A stretch of 64,000 nt of DNA from Candidatus Binatia bacterium (GCA_050176585.1 JBFXHX010000001.1:158695-222694); one strand, 5' to 3'. Shown: positions 9,912 through 20,273, counted from the stretch's first letter. Made by a program: numbers and translations. Notes: a model not told the origin generated them from the letters alone.

Positions 9912-11026
9912 AACGCTTCGAGCATCTCGTGCTGGATCGACTCGATCTCGGCGCGGACGGCGGCCACGGCATCGGTCGGGCGCCCGGCGCCGCGCGCGCC
10001 GGCCAGGATGTCGTCGACCTGTGCCAAGATCTGGCGGATCTTTGTATGCGCCTCCACCACGGCGCGGCCGCGGAGATCGTTGTTCTCCCACTGCCGGTGC
10101 GCATAGTCGCGCAGCTCGCGGCTCTGATAGAGCAGCGCTCGAGCCTCGTCCACGTAGCCGCGCAGCAACCGGTGCAGCGCGTTGCGCACCTCCGCCTGTT
10201 CGTTCGGCTCGCGCCATAGAAGATGCTCGAGGAAGAACAGATCGTCGTCGTTCACCGCGTCGCGGTCGTCGAGGTACGCATGCGCGCGCAGCACGTCGAG
10301 CGCCTGCCGATAGCGGCGGTCGGACGCGACGATCTGGGTCCGGGACAGCTCGCGGCGCAGGTCCGCGAGGGCGCGGTAGACCGCGTCGGGGATCGCCACC
10401 GCCGCCGCTTCGGCTTGCGCCGCGGCGAGGTCGGCCAACGTCAGCGTCGTGCGCCCGACGGGTGGGCGGCCGTGCAGCATCTTGAGGAAACGGAAGTCCT
10501 CGGCGATGTAGCCGACCGCGAAACGCAGCAGGAAGCGGTCGTACAGCGCCTGTAGCTCGTCATCCTCGGGCAGCTCGTTGCTCGCTCCGAAGAGCGCGAT
10601 GAGCGGCACCGCCTCGACCTCGCGCCCGTTGTGGAAACGGCGCTCGTTCATCAGCGTCAGGATCGCGTTCAGGATGGAGGAGCTCGCTTTGAACACTTCG
10701 TCGAGGAAGGCGATGTGCGCCTCGGGCAGCTTGCACGCGGTCACGCGGCGATACTCATCGCGCTCGAGCGCCGCCAGGCTGACCGCGCCGAACAGCTCCT
10801 CGGGGGTGGTGAACTTCGTGAGCAGCCATTGAAAGTATGTGCCGCCGAGCAGGCGCCGGCAGAGCTCGTCGGCCAGCATGGACTTGGCGGTGCCGGGCGG
10901 GCCGATGATGAGCACGTGATGGCCGCTCAGGAGTGCCACGAGCGCGCCGTCGATGACGTCGCCGCGCTCGAGGAAGAGCTGGTTCAGCTCTTCGCGCATG
11001 GCGCGCATTCGCTCCTGCACGGTCAT
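9908..11026 (-). CDS. MoxR/RavA-like AAA+ ATPase
   Basis: Walker A (LIIGPPGTAKS), Walker B (IAFLDEVFKA) and the sensor region are typical of the MoxR family. Start placed at the ATG of MTVQERMRAM; the upstream 141 codons of the track ORF are low-complexity and read as a false extension. Confidence 0.75.
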   Translation of the reverse strand: MTVQERMRAMREELNQLFLERGDVIDGALVALLSGHHVLIIGPPGTAKSMLADELCRRLLGGTYFQWLLTKFTTPEELFGAVSLAALERDEYRRVTACKLPEAHIAFLDEVFKASSSILNAILTLMNERRFHNGREVEAVPLIALFGASNELPEDDELQALYDRFLLRFAVGYIAEDFRFLKMLHGRPPVGRTTLTLADLAAAQAEAAAVAIPDAVYRALADLRRELSRTQIVASDRRYRQALDVLRAHAYLDDRDAVNDDDLFFLEHLLWREPNEQAEVRNALHRLLRGYVDEARALLYQSRELRDYAHRQWENNDLRGRAVVEAHTKIRQILAQVDDILAGARGAGRPTDAVAAVRAEIESIQHEMLEAL

Positions 11027-11144
11027 GCACGGGGATGGTAGCCCGGATGGTATGTCGATGCCATGTCGGCCGCCGGCGCGCGCGGCGGTGCGCGGCTGCG
11101 CGTGGTCTTGACATGGCGAATCATGCGTCTGTAAGGAGCCACCG

Positions 11145-11570
11145 GTGACGAAGTCGTCGAAGAGCCGCAGGAAAGAGAGTGAAGCGGTCACCATCTTGCG
11201 CTTCACCGGGGAGCATCTGTGGGTTCGCGCCGAGGCGGGCCGGGCGCAGATCGGCATCTCCGATCTCGGGCAGAACTCGATCGGCGAGGTCATCGCGGTC
11301 GAGCTGCCCGACGTCGGTGATATCATCGAGCGCGGCGAACCCTTCGGAGAGCTCGAATCAGTGCGGACCGTGCACGAGCTGGTGGCTCCGGTGACCGGCA
11401 GAGTCCGCGCGGTGAACGGCGACCTCGAAGACCACGCGTCGCTGGCCAACGAAGATCCGTATCACGAAGGGTGGCTGATCGAGGTCGAGCTCGAGGACGA
11501 GAGCGAGCTCGAGGCTCTCATGGCGACAGAAGATTACGAGGAATACGTCGCCGGCGCCGACGAGGAGTAG
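11145..11570 (+). CDS. Glycine-cleavage H-protein family protein lacking the lipoyl-lysine
   Basis: Clear GcvH fold signature (GISDLGQNSIGEVIAVELPDVG...GELESVRTVHELVAPVTGRV...EDPYHEGWLIEV), but the conserved ESVK lysine reads ESVR (codon cgg). Confidence 0.75.
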   Translation: MTKSSKSRRKESEAVTILRFTGEHLWVRAEAGRAQIGISDLGQNSIGEVIAVELPDVGDIIERGEPFGELESVRTVHELVAPVTGRVRAVNGDLEDHASLANEDPYHEGWLIEVELEDESELEALMATEDYEEYVAGADEE

Positions 11571-11578
11571 ACGCCGCG

Positions 11579-12352
11579 GTGGCTGCGCGGTGGCGCGCCA
11601 CAGCCCTCCTGTTGGCGGGATGCATGGTGGCAGGGTCCGACGCCGACCAGACCGCAACCGGGGCACCACTGGACACGCCGGCACAAGCAGCTGCGCGCCG
11701 CACCATGGTGAACGAACAGCTGCGCGCGCGTGACATCACCGATCCACGCCTGCTGGCGGCAATGGGCAGCGTGTTGCGCCACGCCTTCGTCCCCCCCGAT
11801 CAGGTAGACGAAGCGTACGGCGATCACGCGCTGCCGATCGGGCGCGGGCAGACGATCTCGCAGCCATACGTCGTCGCGCTGATGACCCAGCTCCTGGCGC
11901 TGCGGGGCGGCGAGCGCGTCCTCGAAGTCGGCACCGGCTCCGGCTATCAAGCCGCGGTGCTCGCCCAGCTGGCGCGCGAGGTGTACTCGATCGAGATCGA
12001 TCCCGAGCTGGCCGAAACGGCGCGCAAAGCGCTGCGCCGCGCGGGCGCCGCGAACGTGCACGTGCGCGCCGGCGACGGCTTTTACGGGTGGCCGGAGGCG
12101 GCACCGTTCGACGCCATCGTGATCACCGCGGCCACCCCGCGCGTGCCGGATGGGTTGCGCGATCAGCTCCGCGAGGGCGGTCGCATCGTCGTTCCACTGG
12201 AGCGCCCTGGGGGCGAGGAGCTGGCCGTCGGGGTGCGCCATGGCGACGACATCAAGTGGACCTGGCACGGCGGGGTGCGCTTCGTGCCCATGACTGGCGA
12301 GGTGCGAAAGACGCCGGGCGAGCAGGACAACGGCACGCCGCGCGGCCACTGA
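11579..12352 (+). CDS. pcm: Protein-L-isoaspartate O-methyltransferase with lipoprotein signal peptide
   Basis: GTG 8 nt after gcvH-like stop, with GAGGAG SD. Signal peptide plus lipobox (LLLAGC). PCMT motifs (ISQPYVVALM, VLEVGTGSGYQAAVLAQLA, DAIVITAA). Confidence 0.7.
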   Translation: MAARWRATALLLAGCMVAGSDADQTATGAPLDTPAQAAARRTMVNEQLRARDITDPRLLAAMGSVLRHAFVPPDQVDEAYGDHALPIGRGQTISQPYVVALMTQLLALRGGERVLEVGTGSGYQAAVLAQLAREVYSIEIDPELAETARKALRRAGAANVHVRAGDGFYGWPEAAPFDAIVITAATPRVPDGLRDQLREGGRIVVPLERPGGEELAVGVRHGDDIKWTWHGGVRFVPMTGEVRKTPGEQDNGTPRGH

Positions 12353-12406
12353 GCGAGCCGCTCGCGGTGACGCGCTAACCGCGAGATCGACTCGCGCGAC
12401 CGCGCG

Positions 12407-14157
<1,751 letters not shown>

Positions 14158-14279
14158 CCATCGCCACTCCCCGTGCTGCAGACCCGCGGATCGGCGGCGG
14201 GCGCGCCGCGCCCGCGTCCTTTGCCGTTTGCGCAAATCGCGATGGAAGGGGCCCGCCCCCTCGGCTATACAGCGCCGCC

Positions 14280-14840
14280 ATGTTCGCGACCCTCGCCGTC
14301 GCCGTGGCGCTGATCGCCTGGGCGATCTGGACATACAATAGGCTGATCGGCCTCAAGAACCAGGTCGACAACGGCTGGCGGCAAATCGACGTGCAACTGA
14401 AGCGCCGGCGCGACCTGATCCCCAACCTGGTCGCCGCGGTACGCGGGTACTTCCAGTACGAAGGCGACGCGCTCGAGCGCGTGATCGCCGCGCGCGCTCG
14501 CGCCGCCGCAGCGCCGTCCGTGCACGACAGCTCGGCCGCGGAAGCCGACCTGAGCCGCGCACTCCGCCAGCTTCTCATGGTGGTCGAGAACTACCCTCAG
14601 CTGCGCGCCAACGAGAACGTTCTCCAGCTCCAGGAGGAGCTCACGACCACCGAGAACCAGCTCGGCTTCGCCCGCCAGTACTACAACGATGTCGTCACGC
14701 GCTTTAATACGCAGCGCGAGGTCTTCCCGGCCAGCTTGATCGCCAGTGCCTCGGGCTTCAACCGCGCCGAGCTGTTCGCGGCCGATGACGAGGACCGCGC
14801 CGCACCGTCGGTCGACCTCTCCCTGCGCCCGAACCGGTGA
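14280..14840 (+). CDS. lemA: LemA-family protein
   Basis: ATG at 14280. N-terminal TM followed by the LemA signature (YNRLIGLKNQVDNGWRQIDVQLKRRRDLIPNLV...ENYPQLRANE). The upstream portion of the 13953 track ORF is spurious. Confidence 0.8.
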   Translation: MFATLAVAVALIAWAIWTYNRLIGLKNQVDNGWRQIDVQLKRRRDLIPNLVAAVRGYFQYEGDALERVIAARARAAAAPSVHDSSAAEADLSRALRQLLMVVENYPQLRANENVLQLQEELTTTENQLGFARQYYNDVVTRFNTQREVFPASLIASASGFNRAELFAADDEDRAAPSVDLSLRPNR

Positions 14841-15748
14841 ACTTCGTCGAGCAACAGCGCCGTAACCGCCGCCGCACGCTTTTGCTGATCGCGGTGTTCG
14901 TCGCGCTGCTCGCCGGCAGTGGCGTCGCGCTCGACGTTGCATTGATCGGTGCGCCCATACCGATTGCGACCATCACCTCTGTGGTAATCGCGGGTGCCGT
15001 CGCATTGCTGGGCTGGCGGGGTGGCGCGGACTGGGTGATGTCCCGCCTCCTGGCCGAGCCGCTGCGGCCGCGCGAACCCGAGCACCGCCAGCTCGAGCAC
15101 ATCGCCCGCGAGCTCGCCATAGCGGCCGGCGTCCCGCGCCCGCGGCTGTTCGTGATCCCGGATCCGTCGCCGAACGCGCTCGCAGCCGGTGTCCAGCGCG
15201 ACCGCTGTGCGATCGCAGTGACCACCGGGGCGCTCGCGTTGCTCGACCGCGAGGAGACCCAAGGCGTAGTGGCGCACGAGCTCGCGCACATCTGCAATCG
15301 CGATACGGCGGTGATGACGCTGGTGTCGATCTTGTTCGGCGGTCTCCTGATGCTCGCCGACTGGGCGAGCCGGAGCCTGGCGTTCGCCCGTCCCGCCGGG
15401 CGTGCCGCCAGCCCGCTCGCGCTGCTCTGCGTTCCGCTGCTGATCCTGATCGCACCGCTGCTCTCCCGCGGGCTCGCGGCGGCCGTTTCGAGGCAACGCG
15501 AGTATCTGGCGGACGCCAGGGCGGTAGAGCTCACCCGTAATCCGGAGGGGCTTGCGCGTGCGCTGGAAAAAATCGCCGGCAGCGAGTTCCCCTTGCGCGC
15601 GGCCACCCGCAGCACCGCGCACCTGTTCATCGCCAGCCCGCTGCGCCCGCGCGCAACTGCCGAGCCGTCCGCCTGGGCCGCGCTGTTCGCGACTCACCCG
15701 CCCTTGGCCGAGCGGATCGCCCTCCTGCGCGGTGGGCACACGGCCTGA
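14837..15748 (+). CDS. M48-family zinc metallopeptidase, HtpX-like
   Basis: GTG overlaps the lemA stop (GTGA). TM helices and HEXXH (VVAHELAHICNRD). LemA plus M48 peptidase is a common gene pair. Confidence 0.7.
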   Translation: MNFVEQQRRNRRRTLLLIAVFVALLAGSGVALDVALIGAPIPIATITSVVIAGAVALLGWRGGADWVMSRLLAEPLRPREPEHRQLEHIARELAIAAGVPRPRLFVIPDPSPNALAAGVQRDRCAIAVTTGALALLDREETQGVVAHELAHICNRDTAVMTLVSILFGGLLMLADWASRSLAFARPAGRAASPLALLCVPLLILIAPLLSRGLAAAVSRQREYLADARAVELTRNPEGLARALEKIAGSEFPLRAATRSTAHLFIASPLRPRATAEPSAWAALFATHPPLAERIALLRGGHTA

Positions 15749-15750
15749 TC

Positions 15751-16320
15751 ATGCCGACGAAGCCGGCGGCGTGCCCACACTGTGGTGTCGCCATGCGCCA
15801 GGTGAGCGCCTGGGCGCGCAGCGGCTATTTCCTCGTGCTCGATCAGTGCCCGCAGTGCGGCGGCATCTGGTGCGATCGCTGGGAGCTCTACTCGCTCGAT
15901 GCGGAGCAAGCGCGGCAAATCGACGCGGTCGATACCGCCAGGCTGCACGATCAGTGGCACGCCCCGGCGGGCGCTGGCCAGTGCCCGCGCTGCACGTCGG
16001 AACTGACGCCGTTCAGCGACCCCGCCGTACCGCCCGACGCGCGCATCGAGCGATGCCCCGTCTGCGACGGCATGTGGATGAATCGCGGTGAGCTGGCGCG
16101 CTTGAAGTCGCGGCCCGGTACGCCGCGCGCGCGGGCCGTGACCGCGCTGACCGGGCGCTTGGGCGCAGCCGCGGGATGGTCACAGGTCACCAACCTGGAC
16201 GCCGCTACCTATGCCCACGACGACCCGCCGGCCGCGGCCGGCGATTGGCGGGACTGGTTACGACAAGCCGGGCCGTGGCTGGCACTCGCGGTGTTGCTGC
16301 GCCTGTTTTTGGCTCGTTGA
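15751..16320 (+). CDS. Tandem zf-TFIIB-like zinc-ribbon domain protein
   Basis: Two CPxCG...(CPQCGGIWCDRWEL / CPVCDGMWMNRGEL) zinc-ribbon units, then a C-terminal hydrophobic segment. Confidence 0.55.
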   Translation: MPTKPAACPHCGVAMRQVSAWARSGYFLVLDQCPQCGGIWCDRWELYSLDAEQARQIDAVDTARLHDQWHAPAGAGQCPRCTSELTPFSDPAVPPDARIERCPVCDGMWMNRGELARLKSRPGTPRARAVTALTGRLGAAAGWSQVTNLDAATYAHDDPPAAAGDWRDWLRQAGPWLALAVLLRLFLAR

Positions 16321-16501
16321 GTGTGTCGCGCCGGGTCGAGTGCGCCGCGCGACCTGATGGGCTCTACACCTTGTCCGACAAGGGTTTTTGCTACACGCAG
16401 CCGGTCATCTCTAAAACGCTCTGCTATGGACGGCGCCCGGGCGCCTCCCAACATCATTCTACTTTGGCGATTTGCTCGTCCCAACGGTCCGAATCCGGTT
16501 T

Positions 16502-16562
16502 AAAAAAAAATTTCCAAAATGCTATTCGCCTGTTGACCACGCCTTTGCAGTTTTCCTATAAG
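16502..16562 (+). promoter_or_regulatory. Sigma70-type promoter with A-tract UP element for the micro-ORF
   Basis: A9 tract at 16502-16510, TTGACC at 16533-16538, 17-18 nt spacer, CTATAAG at 16556-16562. A local AT-rich island in a 70% GC background. Confidence 0.5.
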
Positions 16563-16654
16563 TTTTCCCGTATGGGTGGTGGGTGGCTGTTGAGGACAGT
16601 GCCTGTGATGAGAGGGGCCAAGAACGCTTAACCGAACTCTGCGAGGAGGAACAC

Positions 16655-16741
16655 ATGCCAGCAGCGAAGAAGAAGGCAGTGTCGAAAGCGAAGAAGAAGG
16701 CTCCGGCAAAGAAGAAGGCAACTGCGAAGAAGAAGAAGTAA
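16655..16741 (+). CDS. 28-aa lysine-rich micro-protein (MPAAKKKAVSKAKKKAPAKKKATAKKKK)
   Basis: ATG preceded by GCGAGGAGGAACAC (strong SD), TAA stop, and an intrinsic terminator downstream. Not present in the ORF track because it is under 60 aa. Confidence 0.5.
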   Translation: MPAAKKKAVSKAKKKAPAKKKATAKKKK

Positions 16742-16834
16742 CTCGAGCAACTCGAAGCACCACCTGAGCGAGGCCATTCACTAGGCCCGAGTTTTTCCCT
16801 CTCGCACAGACACGAGCCTACGGGCTCACGAGAA

Positions 16835-16862
16835 GGCCTTCCGGACATCCGGAGGGCCTTTT
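16835..16862 (+). terminator. Rho-independent terminator
   Basis: GGCCTTCCGG-ACAT-CCGGAGGGCC forms a 10-bp stem and is followed by TTTT. Confidence 0.55.
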
Positions 16863-16926
16863 CACTTGTCCGGCCAGTCGGGCGCCGCGGGTTGCGGCAG
16901 GACTGGCGAACCCGCCTGACCGGCGT

Positions 16927-18276
16927 TCATGCCACGCGCAGGCGCCGTTTGGGGGAGTCGCTCGTCAAGGCGGTCTTGGCCGCGGCCGCGCGGTCCTCGC
17001 GCATGCGCCCGATGTTCTCGCGCACTGCGCGGCGGCTGAGGGTCAAGCCGTATCGCTGCAGCACCGCCTTCACTTCATCGTACTGCCGCTCGATCGATTC
17101 GGTGACAGACACATAGCCCATCTCGGCGGCGCGCAGCCGCTCCCAGTACGAGAGCGCGTTTAGCTGGAAGAAGTGGACGTCCGACTCGCTCGGCTCGATG
17201 AGCACGATGTCGCCGCGGAAGCTCGGGTCATCGCGGTACTCGCGCAAGGCATGCTGCAGGCGGGAGTGCAGCAAAGTGCGGAACACCTGGTTCAGGACCG
17301 TGAGTATGCCGGCGTCGGCCAGCAGTGGAGCATCGGCGGTGTAGCGGCCGGTGGCGCGATCGAGCCGGCGAGGGACGCGGTTCGAGAACGGGCGGAACGG
17401 GTTGTAACAGATGATCAGGTCGGCTCCATGCTCGATAGCGACGTCGAGATTGGCCGTGCGGCGCACGCCGCCGTCGACGTAGTCGACGGCTCCGATGCGG
17501 GCGGGCTTGTAAAAACCCGGGAGCGCCGTGGACGCCTGAACGGCCTCGGAGATCGCCAGCGAGGTATCCTCGTCGTGCCCGAACACGACGCGCTCGGCCG
17601 TGTCGAGATTCATGGCGCTGATGTACAGCTCGCGCCCCGTGCGGCGATGCAGGGTACGGAAATCGTTCGACAGGCCGGCGCGGCGGAGGTTCCGGCGGAT
17701 GTAGCGTTCGATCGGCGCGTTGTCGAAAAGCCCGCTCGGCAGGTGATCGACGATGGAGGGAAAGTCGCGATGCGACCAGATCGCCTCGGCGATCGGCGTG
17801 AGCAGCCGCGGCAGGGCGCCCGGGGTGGGATGGCGCGCAATGTCCTTCAGGGCGCGCCGTAGCTCGCGCCCTAACGCCGGCGTGTTGGAGAGCACGTCGG
17901 TCAGGGAACCGGGGACGAAGGCGAGGACCGCGAGCAGGTACTCCAGCGGCCGTTTCATCAACAGCGATGGGTCGAACCCATAGAAATCGCGCGCGCGAAA
18001 GCGGTCTATCGCTGCAGATCGCCCGTCCAGGCTCTTGATCATCTCCGCCGGGCTGATGGCGGCGGACAGCGGGGCCGCGAGGACGGCGCCGACGGACAGG
18101 CCGACATAGGTGTCGAACTCGGTGGTCTTGCGGGTGACCAGGAAATCGTCGAGCGCCTTCAAACCGCCGAGCTTGAACGCCCCGCCGGTGATCGCGCCGC
18201 CGGCGAGCACGAGGGCGATCTTCGGGTTGCGCTTGCGCGCCGCCCGCTGGCTCTTTTGGACGATGGTGATGCCCAC
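16927..18276 (-). CDS. Patatin-like phospholipase
   Basis: GTG start. GGxxG oxyanion motif (LVLAGGAITGGAF), GxSxG nucleophile (GLSVGA) and DGG (VDGGVR). About 150-aa C-terminal extension. Confidence 0.8.
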   Translation of the reverse strand: MGITIVQKSQRAARKRNPKIALVLAGGAITGGAFKLGGLKALDDFLVTRKTTEFDTYVGLSVGAVLAAPLSAAISPAEMIKSLDGRSAAIDRFRARDFYGFDPSLLMKRPLEYLLAVLAFVPGSLTDVLSNTPALGRELRRALKDIARHPTPGALPRLLTPIAEAIWSHRDFPSIVDHLPSGLFDNAPIERYIRRNLRRAGLSNDFRTLHRRTGRELYISAMNLDTAERVVFGHDEDTSLAISEAVQASTALPGFYKPARIGAVDYVDGGVRRTANLDVAIEHGADLIICYNPFRPFSNRVPRRLDRATGRYTADAPLLADAGILTVLNQVFRTLLHSRLQHALREYRDDPSFRGDIVLIEPSESDVHFFQLNALSYWERLRAAEMGYVSVTESIERQYDEVKAVLQRYGLTLSRRAVRENIGRMREDRAAAAKTALTSDSPKRRLRVA

Positions 18277-18323
18277 GCCGCCTCGTCAAGCCGTGGGACG
18301 ATAATGACCCATGACGCAAGTGG

Positions 18324-19058
18324 TCAAGGACGGCGCGCGGCGGCCAACGGCGTACCGGTCTCGAGCTCGTAGCGGCCTTCGGCCAGACCGGCGTGGGTGT
18401 CCAACACGCGCCAATATCCGTCGAATACGTAGCCGAACAGCGGGCAACCGGCAGCCAACATCGCGGGATACGTTTGTCGCGTGATGCTGAACCGGCCCGT
18501 GCCGAGGTACTGGAACACCTCGGGCTCGAATACGTGGACCCCGGTGAACATCAAGCTCGTGAGCGGCTCGGGGACGCTGGCCGGAATGCCCAGAAAGCGC
18601 CGGATGCGCTGCTGCGCATCGATCTCGATCAGGCCGTAACGCGCCGCGTCGCGGTCGGCGCGGAGGACCATGGTGGCCAGCGCGCCGCGGGCGATGTGCG
18701 CTTCGATGAGCGGCCGCAGGTCGAGATCCATGACCATGTCGGAGTTGAGCACCACGAAGCGGTCGCCCGCGAGCAGGGCTTCGGCGTGGCGGATGGCGCC
18801 GCCGGTATCGAGAATGGGGTCCTCTTCCGAATAGGTGATCGACACGCCGTAGGCGGTGCCGTCGCCGAGCGCGGCGCGAATCTGCTCGCCGCGGTGGTGG
18901 AGATTGATCACGACCTCGCCGATACCGGCGGCGCGGAGGAGCGCCAGCGGATACGCGATCAACGGCTGGCCGCCGACCCGCACCAGCGGTTTGGGGATGC
19001 GGTCCGTCAGCGGGCGGAGCCGGCTGCCGAAACCGGCGGCGAGGATCATCGCCTTCAC
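18324..19058 (-). CDS. murU: Sugar-1-phosphate nucleotidyltransferase, MurU-like
   Basis: N-terminal MKAMILAAGFGSRLRPLT nucleotidyltransferase signature. GTG overlaps the upstream kinase's TGA (GTGA). Confidence 0.6.
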   Translation of the reverse strand: MKAMILAAGFGSRLRPLTDRIPKPLVRVGGQPLIAYPLALLRAAGIGEVVINLHHRGEQIRAALGDGTAYGVSITYSEEDPILDTGGAIRHAEALLAGDRFVVLNSDMVMDLDLRPLIEAHIARGALATMVLRADRDAARYGLIEIDAQQRIRRFLGIPASVPEPLTSLMFTGVHVFEPEVFQYLGTGRFSITRQTYPAMLAAGCPLFGYVFDGYWRVLDTHAGLAEGRYELETGTPLAAARRP

Positions 19059-20140
19059 GGCCGCAGCTCGGGTGCGTACGGGGCGAGAATGCGGCGTACC
19101 GGCTCCAGATCGGGCCGCGCCGCCAAGAGCCGGGCGATCTGGCGCCAGGTGTTGGGCAGATAGCGCAGGTATCCCGGCTTGCCCTTCACCCGGTCGAGGT
19201 AGTGGAACCGGCCGACGACCTTGAACGCCTTCTGTAGCGCGCAGGTCGCGTATACCTCACAGAGGTCCTCTGGTGCCCACGCCGGACCGCCGCCGGCCGT
19301 CCAGGCGCGGGCGTAATGGTCGAGCAGCCGGCGCTCCAACCCCTCGCCCACCACCTCGCGCGTGTCGCGGTCGCCGAGCAGCGTGGCGAGGTCGTAGGGG
19401 GCGGCCGCGAGCAGGGCGTCCTGAAAGTCGATGACCCGGATCCGTCCCGCGCACACGTAGAGATTCCAGGCGTGGAAGTCCCGGTGGTTGAGCACGCGCG
19501 GTTGCGCATCGAGAAAGGCGGCGAGGCGGCCGAAGTGCTGGCGCAACTCGTCCAGCTCCCGTTCCGGCACGGCGCGCCCGGCGTTTTCCACCAGCGCGTG
19601 CTCGATGAAGTGCTCGAACTCCCATTCGTACAGACGGCGATCGAAAGCCTGCTGAAAGGCGATGCAGGAAGGGTCGGCAGCGGCCGTGCCCCGTAGCTGG
19701 AGCAGCAGCAGCTGATCGATCGCACGTTCGAACAGCGCCTGCTGTTCGGCTCCACTCCGGCCCTGCAGGGCATCCCAGAGCGGGGTGTCGCCGACGTCCT
19801 CGAGCAACAGCAAGCCGGCGTCGGAGGCATCGGCGTAGAGCTCGGGCACGGCGACGCCGAGCCGGTCGAGAAAGCGGTGGACGTTCACGTATGGGAGCTC
19901 GCGCGGCGGCTGGTCGAACACGGCCAGCTCGTCCGAGGACAGCGCAACGCCGCGATCGGCCAGGATCATGACCACCGCGGTGGGCGGCGCGGCGCCGCCC
20001 GTGAGCCACGCGCGGGCGTAACGGCGGGTCGAGGCATCGCCGGCCAGCGGCGCTAGCCGTTCGACCGCGGTCGCGGTGCCGAAATGCCGGCGGACGAGGT
20101 CCTCCACCACCGCGGGAAGTGCGGGGGGCAGCTCGCTCAC
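19055..20140 (-). CDS. amgK: Aminoglycoside-phosphotransferase-fold sugar kinase, AmgK-like
   Basis: APH/ChoK-fold motifs (LAGDASTRRYAR, HRDFHAWNL, RVIDFQDA). Start set at GTG 20140, because the 20251 track start would sit on the divergent nuo promoter. The start is uncertain. Confidence 0.6.
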   Translation of the reverse strand: MSELPPALPAVVEDLVRRHFGTATAVERLAPLAGDASTRRYARAWLTGGAAPPTAVVMILADRGVALSSDELAVFDQPPRELPYVNVHRFLDRLGVAVPELYADASDAGLLLLEDVGDTPLWDALQGRSGAEQQALFERAIDQLLLLQLRGTAAADPSCIAFQQAFDRRLYEWEFEHFIEHALVENAGRAVPERELDELRQHFGRLAAFLDAQPRVLNHRDFHAWNLYVCAGRIRVIDFQDALLAAAPYDLATLLGDRDTREVVGEGLERRLLDHYARAWTAGGGPAWAPEDLCEVYATCALQKAFKVVGRFHYLDRVKGKPGYLRYLPNTWRQIARLLAARPDLEPVRRILAPYAPELRP

Positions 20141-20244
20141 CGCCGACCCCCCCGGCGCGGCGGGGCGAAGAGACTCGGCGCCCGCCTGCTCATCGCCGTG
20201 CGCGTGTAGCAAGCGCGCGGCCGTGCGGTCAAAAGAAGCCCGGG

Positions 20245-20273
20245 TTGACACTCCATACGCCTTTTCATAATCC
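20245..20273 (+). promoter_or_regulatory. Candidate sigma70 promoter of the nuo cluster
   Basis: TTGACA at 20245-20250 and CATAATCC at 20266-20273, with a 15-17 nt spacer, about 65 nt upstream of nuoA. Confidence 0.35.

Noticed and set aside
9908-11449. N-terminal extensions in the ORF track (MoxR 9908..11449, VWA 8361..10217, aminotransferase 41968..43734, LemA 13953..14840, RmuC 49973..51748, MBL 54889..56160, GroES 49194..49586, DUF507 49895..50632)
   Set aside because: The extensions overlap neighbouring genes, lack homology, and internal starts with good SD sequences or stop-overlap coupling (GTGA/ATGA) fit the conserved N-termini.
14158-14279. Perfect palindrome TTTGCGCAAA upstream of lemA as a transcription-factor site
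   Set aside because: It is a single 10-bp palindrome with no second copy in the window and no identifiable cognate regulator. Noted only.
16480-16530. AT-rich island as a possible integration site or IS end
   Set aside because: No repeats, no integrase and no tRNA. Its position directly upstream of a consensus -35/-10 pair fits a promoter UP element better.
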